Source: Geosiphon pyriformis uo1 (taxonomy: Eukaryota; Fungi; Glomeromycota). From it: 40,921 nt of DNA. Made by a program: the position numbers and the translations under genes. The notes beneath the pieces are model-generated. The model searched no databases. It had not been told where the DNA came from and saw only the letters and a program-made list of their open reading frames with translations. Where the stretch lies: positions 1-40,921 of the forward strand of contig JAAOMT010000241.1 of NCBI GenBank assembly GCA_016748015.1. Reading direction: 5' to 3'. This document shows, in pieces, positions 37,871 to 40,921 of this stretch (the first letter of the stretch is position 1; every line of letters begins with the position of its first letter).

Positions 37871-39206
37871 AAAGTTTGGTGGAGATTTGAAATTTACTTT
37901 CAATTTTTATTTTTTATTCAAAATGGTTCAACTGAAGAAATTAATGAATGAAAAAATATATATACTTTAAAAATTAACTTCTTACTTTTATGCCAAATTA
38001 TTCTAAAAAAATTATTTGCTCTGATCAATAAAATGCATACAAATTTAACTTGAATTATTTAAACTAAATTTAAATCACCAAATTTTGTTATATAAAGTGT
38101 CCACAAATCATATTATAGTTATTATAAACTTGAATTTATATATATTTTTTATGCAAGTTCTTGTATTTTTATTATAAAATTTATTAAAGTAATATTTCAT
38201 TCAATTTTTATCAATTACTTTTTTTTAATAATAAAGTTGTAAACAATATACAAAATGAAAAAATAAAAACGGATTGTACAAATTATATTAATTTATTTAT
38301 TTACAATAGATTTGACTTTTAAAATATTTTAATTATTATTTTAAAATCTTTAAATATTCCGGGTGGCTGAGTTATTTCTAATATGTATAATTTCTATTAA
38401 GTACACTTAGTTAACGTATGTATAAAAAAAGTATTTAATCATGATAAATTTTATTCAATTGTACATTTTGATAAATTTCAAATTACGTGGTCGTTAATTG
38501 TTGCATGATTATTTTTGATATTTACAAGTTTTATTTTAATTTGTTATTATAAAGTTTTGTTTTTAAGAAAACTATTTTGTGAAACCAAAAAATTATTTAA
38601 TATTTAAAAATAAATATTTTTATAAAATTGCATATTAAAATAAAAAAACATTAATAGTTTTAAACAAAAATAAGCGAAAACAAAATAACAACAAAAATAA
38701 TAATGATAATAATAATAATAATAATAATAATGATAATAATAATAAATAATAATAATAATAATTAAACTAAAAATTTTGTTATTTAAAATATTATGATTTA
38801 TATATAAATAAATGAAATTAAAAAAAATATTGATAATAATAATTTTAAAATAACAAAAAATATAAAATTCAGTTTTTATGAAAATAATATTTAAAAATAA
38901 ATATTTTAATCAAATAAAATATTTTTAATACAAATAGCTATACAAAAATTGTATGAAAATAATTAAGATTAAATATAAAATAAATTCAAAATTATTATTA
39001 ATTTTTATAAAATTAATTATTGCAATTTTTTTTTACCTTACTTTATATTTAAAATAATATGTTACATTTTTTAACCTGGTTTATTTATGTATTATCATAA
39101 ATAAGAATAATTATTTAATAATTTCATTTTTAGCTATATAACTTTTATATACCATAAATATTTATTTACAACAAAATTAAATAAGTATAAATTAATTAAA
39201 CTATTA

Positions 39207-39289
39207 AACTGTTAAGACGGAACAGAACAGGGAAAACGTGATAGGTAACTATTAAGTTGAAACAGAACAGGTAAAACGGGGTAGGTAAC
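39207..39289 (+). repeat. Two tandem 40-bp units
   Basis: AAC(TG/TA)TTAAG....AACAGAACAGG(G/T)AAAACG(TGA/GGG)TAGGT repeated with period 40. Confidence 0.85.
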
Positions 39290-40452
39290 AATGTTCGAAT
39301 TTCTAAAAAGTTGAAAAGGTTGAAAATATTGCAAGTATGACAAAAGACCATCCTATTTTAGTTTAGATACTACATATATATATATATATATATATTAAAT
39401 AAGAAAAGTTTGATAAAACTGTAAAAAATTTAATTTCAAAATTAAACAAGTTAAAAATAAACAAATAAATCTTTATTCTACACAATTTTCTTTTGCAAAA
39501 AACATTTCTCTTAATCCAAATATTACCCATTTAGATTGTTACACTGATATCATGTGCATTAAAACGAAATAGAGTTAATCTGAGGCACAATCAAACTTTA
39601 GATCAAAGAGAGTGACCATGAAAATTCTTTCATTATTCTATAACCCTATCTGGATAATACTTATTTCATAACTAATTAAATAAACACCGTTGATCTGTGA
39701 GAAATTGGGAGCTAGAAATCAATCTGCCTATTGCTACATTGCTCGTTCTATAAATATGAATCATCACGGAAATGGTCCATGAGGAAAAATTTAGCAGGTC
39801 TCTCCTGTTACATGGTCCGTTGTGGATAGTCTCTGTTCGAAGACTTTGAAGCTATTGCCTTGTTGCAAATATTTTTTGCAACCTGTGTTTAGGTAGAATC
39901 TAAAGAAATCGATTCGAAATGTGGTCATTATTATGCTTAATCTGCAGCTCGGGATTGCAACACAAATTTTCCAAATTTTAAATTCAGTATTTCGAATTGT
40001 TTAAAAGGAAGTTAAATTCAAACAATTTTTAGATGAGAAGCGATATAAAAATCCTTTCATTTTATAAAAAGTTAATATTTTGACGCCTTCTTAATCAAAA
40101 GAATTAATAGATTGAGTAATTTGTTTAACAAACTCTTAATCTCATGCAGATGGAATTTTGATAGCATAAGCAAATGTCATTTATAGAATTGGAAATACAT
40201 TATAGAGAGTTACTTCATAAAAGATAAGGAGAATGAGTACTAGCAACAAATAAGATATTCAGATTGGGGAAATGAATTTCCAGTGTTGATCAAAATTAAG
40301 CTTTTTCATTAGTAAAAAAGTGAAATAGGTGCTTGATTTACCCTTACTTGGCAGAAAATAAGAGTTTTAGCTCTCTTTATATAAAAACGTTTTGATGACA
40401 CTTTCAAAATTAAGAAAATATTTTCATAAATGAAGTCACAGGATCAAAAACA

Positions 40453-40921
40453 TGTAAGAAACAATCTTATTTTTTTCTTCGTATATAATGGACAAACTGG
40501 ATATCCTCTTGTTAATATTTTCCCTGTGGATATGGTCACACTGCAAATACAGCCAAATATTTCCCTTACTGGAATGAAACCAAGGTGTGACGCTTCATTT
40601 GCTCGGTTTTCAGGATAATACGCGTTTCTCCTAAGTAAAAATTCTGCCATTTTTTGAAAAAAGTTATGCCCAATTATATTAATCCCTAAATTTATGGTGG
40701 ATGCCCGTTACAAGATATGTCACCAGCATGTGGCAATACCCTGGACACACTCCAAGTTTTCAATATGACATTTCGTAATTTGACTCAAGAACACAAAATT
40801 GTAACTAATATTCCTTCCAACGATTTCAAACTGCTAAAAATAAACAATCTGGATATGAACGCAGAAAATGACGAATTAGATCCAAATATTCGGAATCAAG
40901 AAATCGGTATATCTGGAGAAC
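40453..40921 (+). pseudogene. Inverted partial copy of the Kelch-TM pseudogene (matches 27161-27639); runs off window end
   Basis: The window end ..GGTATATCTGGAGAAC is the reverse complement of GTTCTCCAGATATACC at 27161. Reads VRNNLIFFFVYNGQTGYPLVNIFPVD. Confidence 0.9.

Noticed and set aside
38697-38760. (AAT)n and other (TA)n/(ATT)n microsatellites (7106, 14979, 22360, 39374)
   Set aside because: Ordinary simple repeats for such AT-rich DNA
40444-40650. ORF MAEFLLRRN..
   Set aside because: Antisense to the Kelch fragment; the paralogous frame at ~27453 is interrupted by a stop

Overview
Very AT-rich eukaryotic DNA with GT-AG introns and an assembly gap at 26543-26954. The gene families present (BTB-BACK-TLDc, Sel1 repeats, TKL-type kinase, Crinkler REase-kinase, Kelch-TM, class 3 lipase) point to a Glomeromycota/Mucoromycota fungus; repeated Ser-less class 3 lipases recall Geosiphon, but that is inference. 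Most of the window is decayed genes. Only two look intact: a 5-exon secreted class 3 lipase homologue whose catalytic Ser is replaced by Gly (17745-19168, -) and a 65-aa secreted acidic-repeat peptide (9505-9702, -). The main structural signal is a set of interlocking inverted duplications: 1-811/8418-9224, a -/+/- triplicated ~1.2-kb relic at 2.6-7.9 kb, 15021/15554, 23412-25365/29203-30914 and 27161-27639/40453-40921. There is also a ~780-bp palindrome (25365-26140) built like a symmetric bidirectional promoter and fused to the inverted BTB-TLD copy. The pseudogenes show mostly C>T/G>A decay. No rRNA, tRNA or CRISPR array was recognised. All alignments and translations were done by eye, so boundaries are approximate unless splice sites are given.
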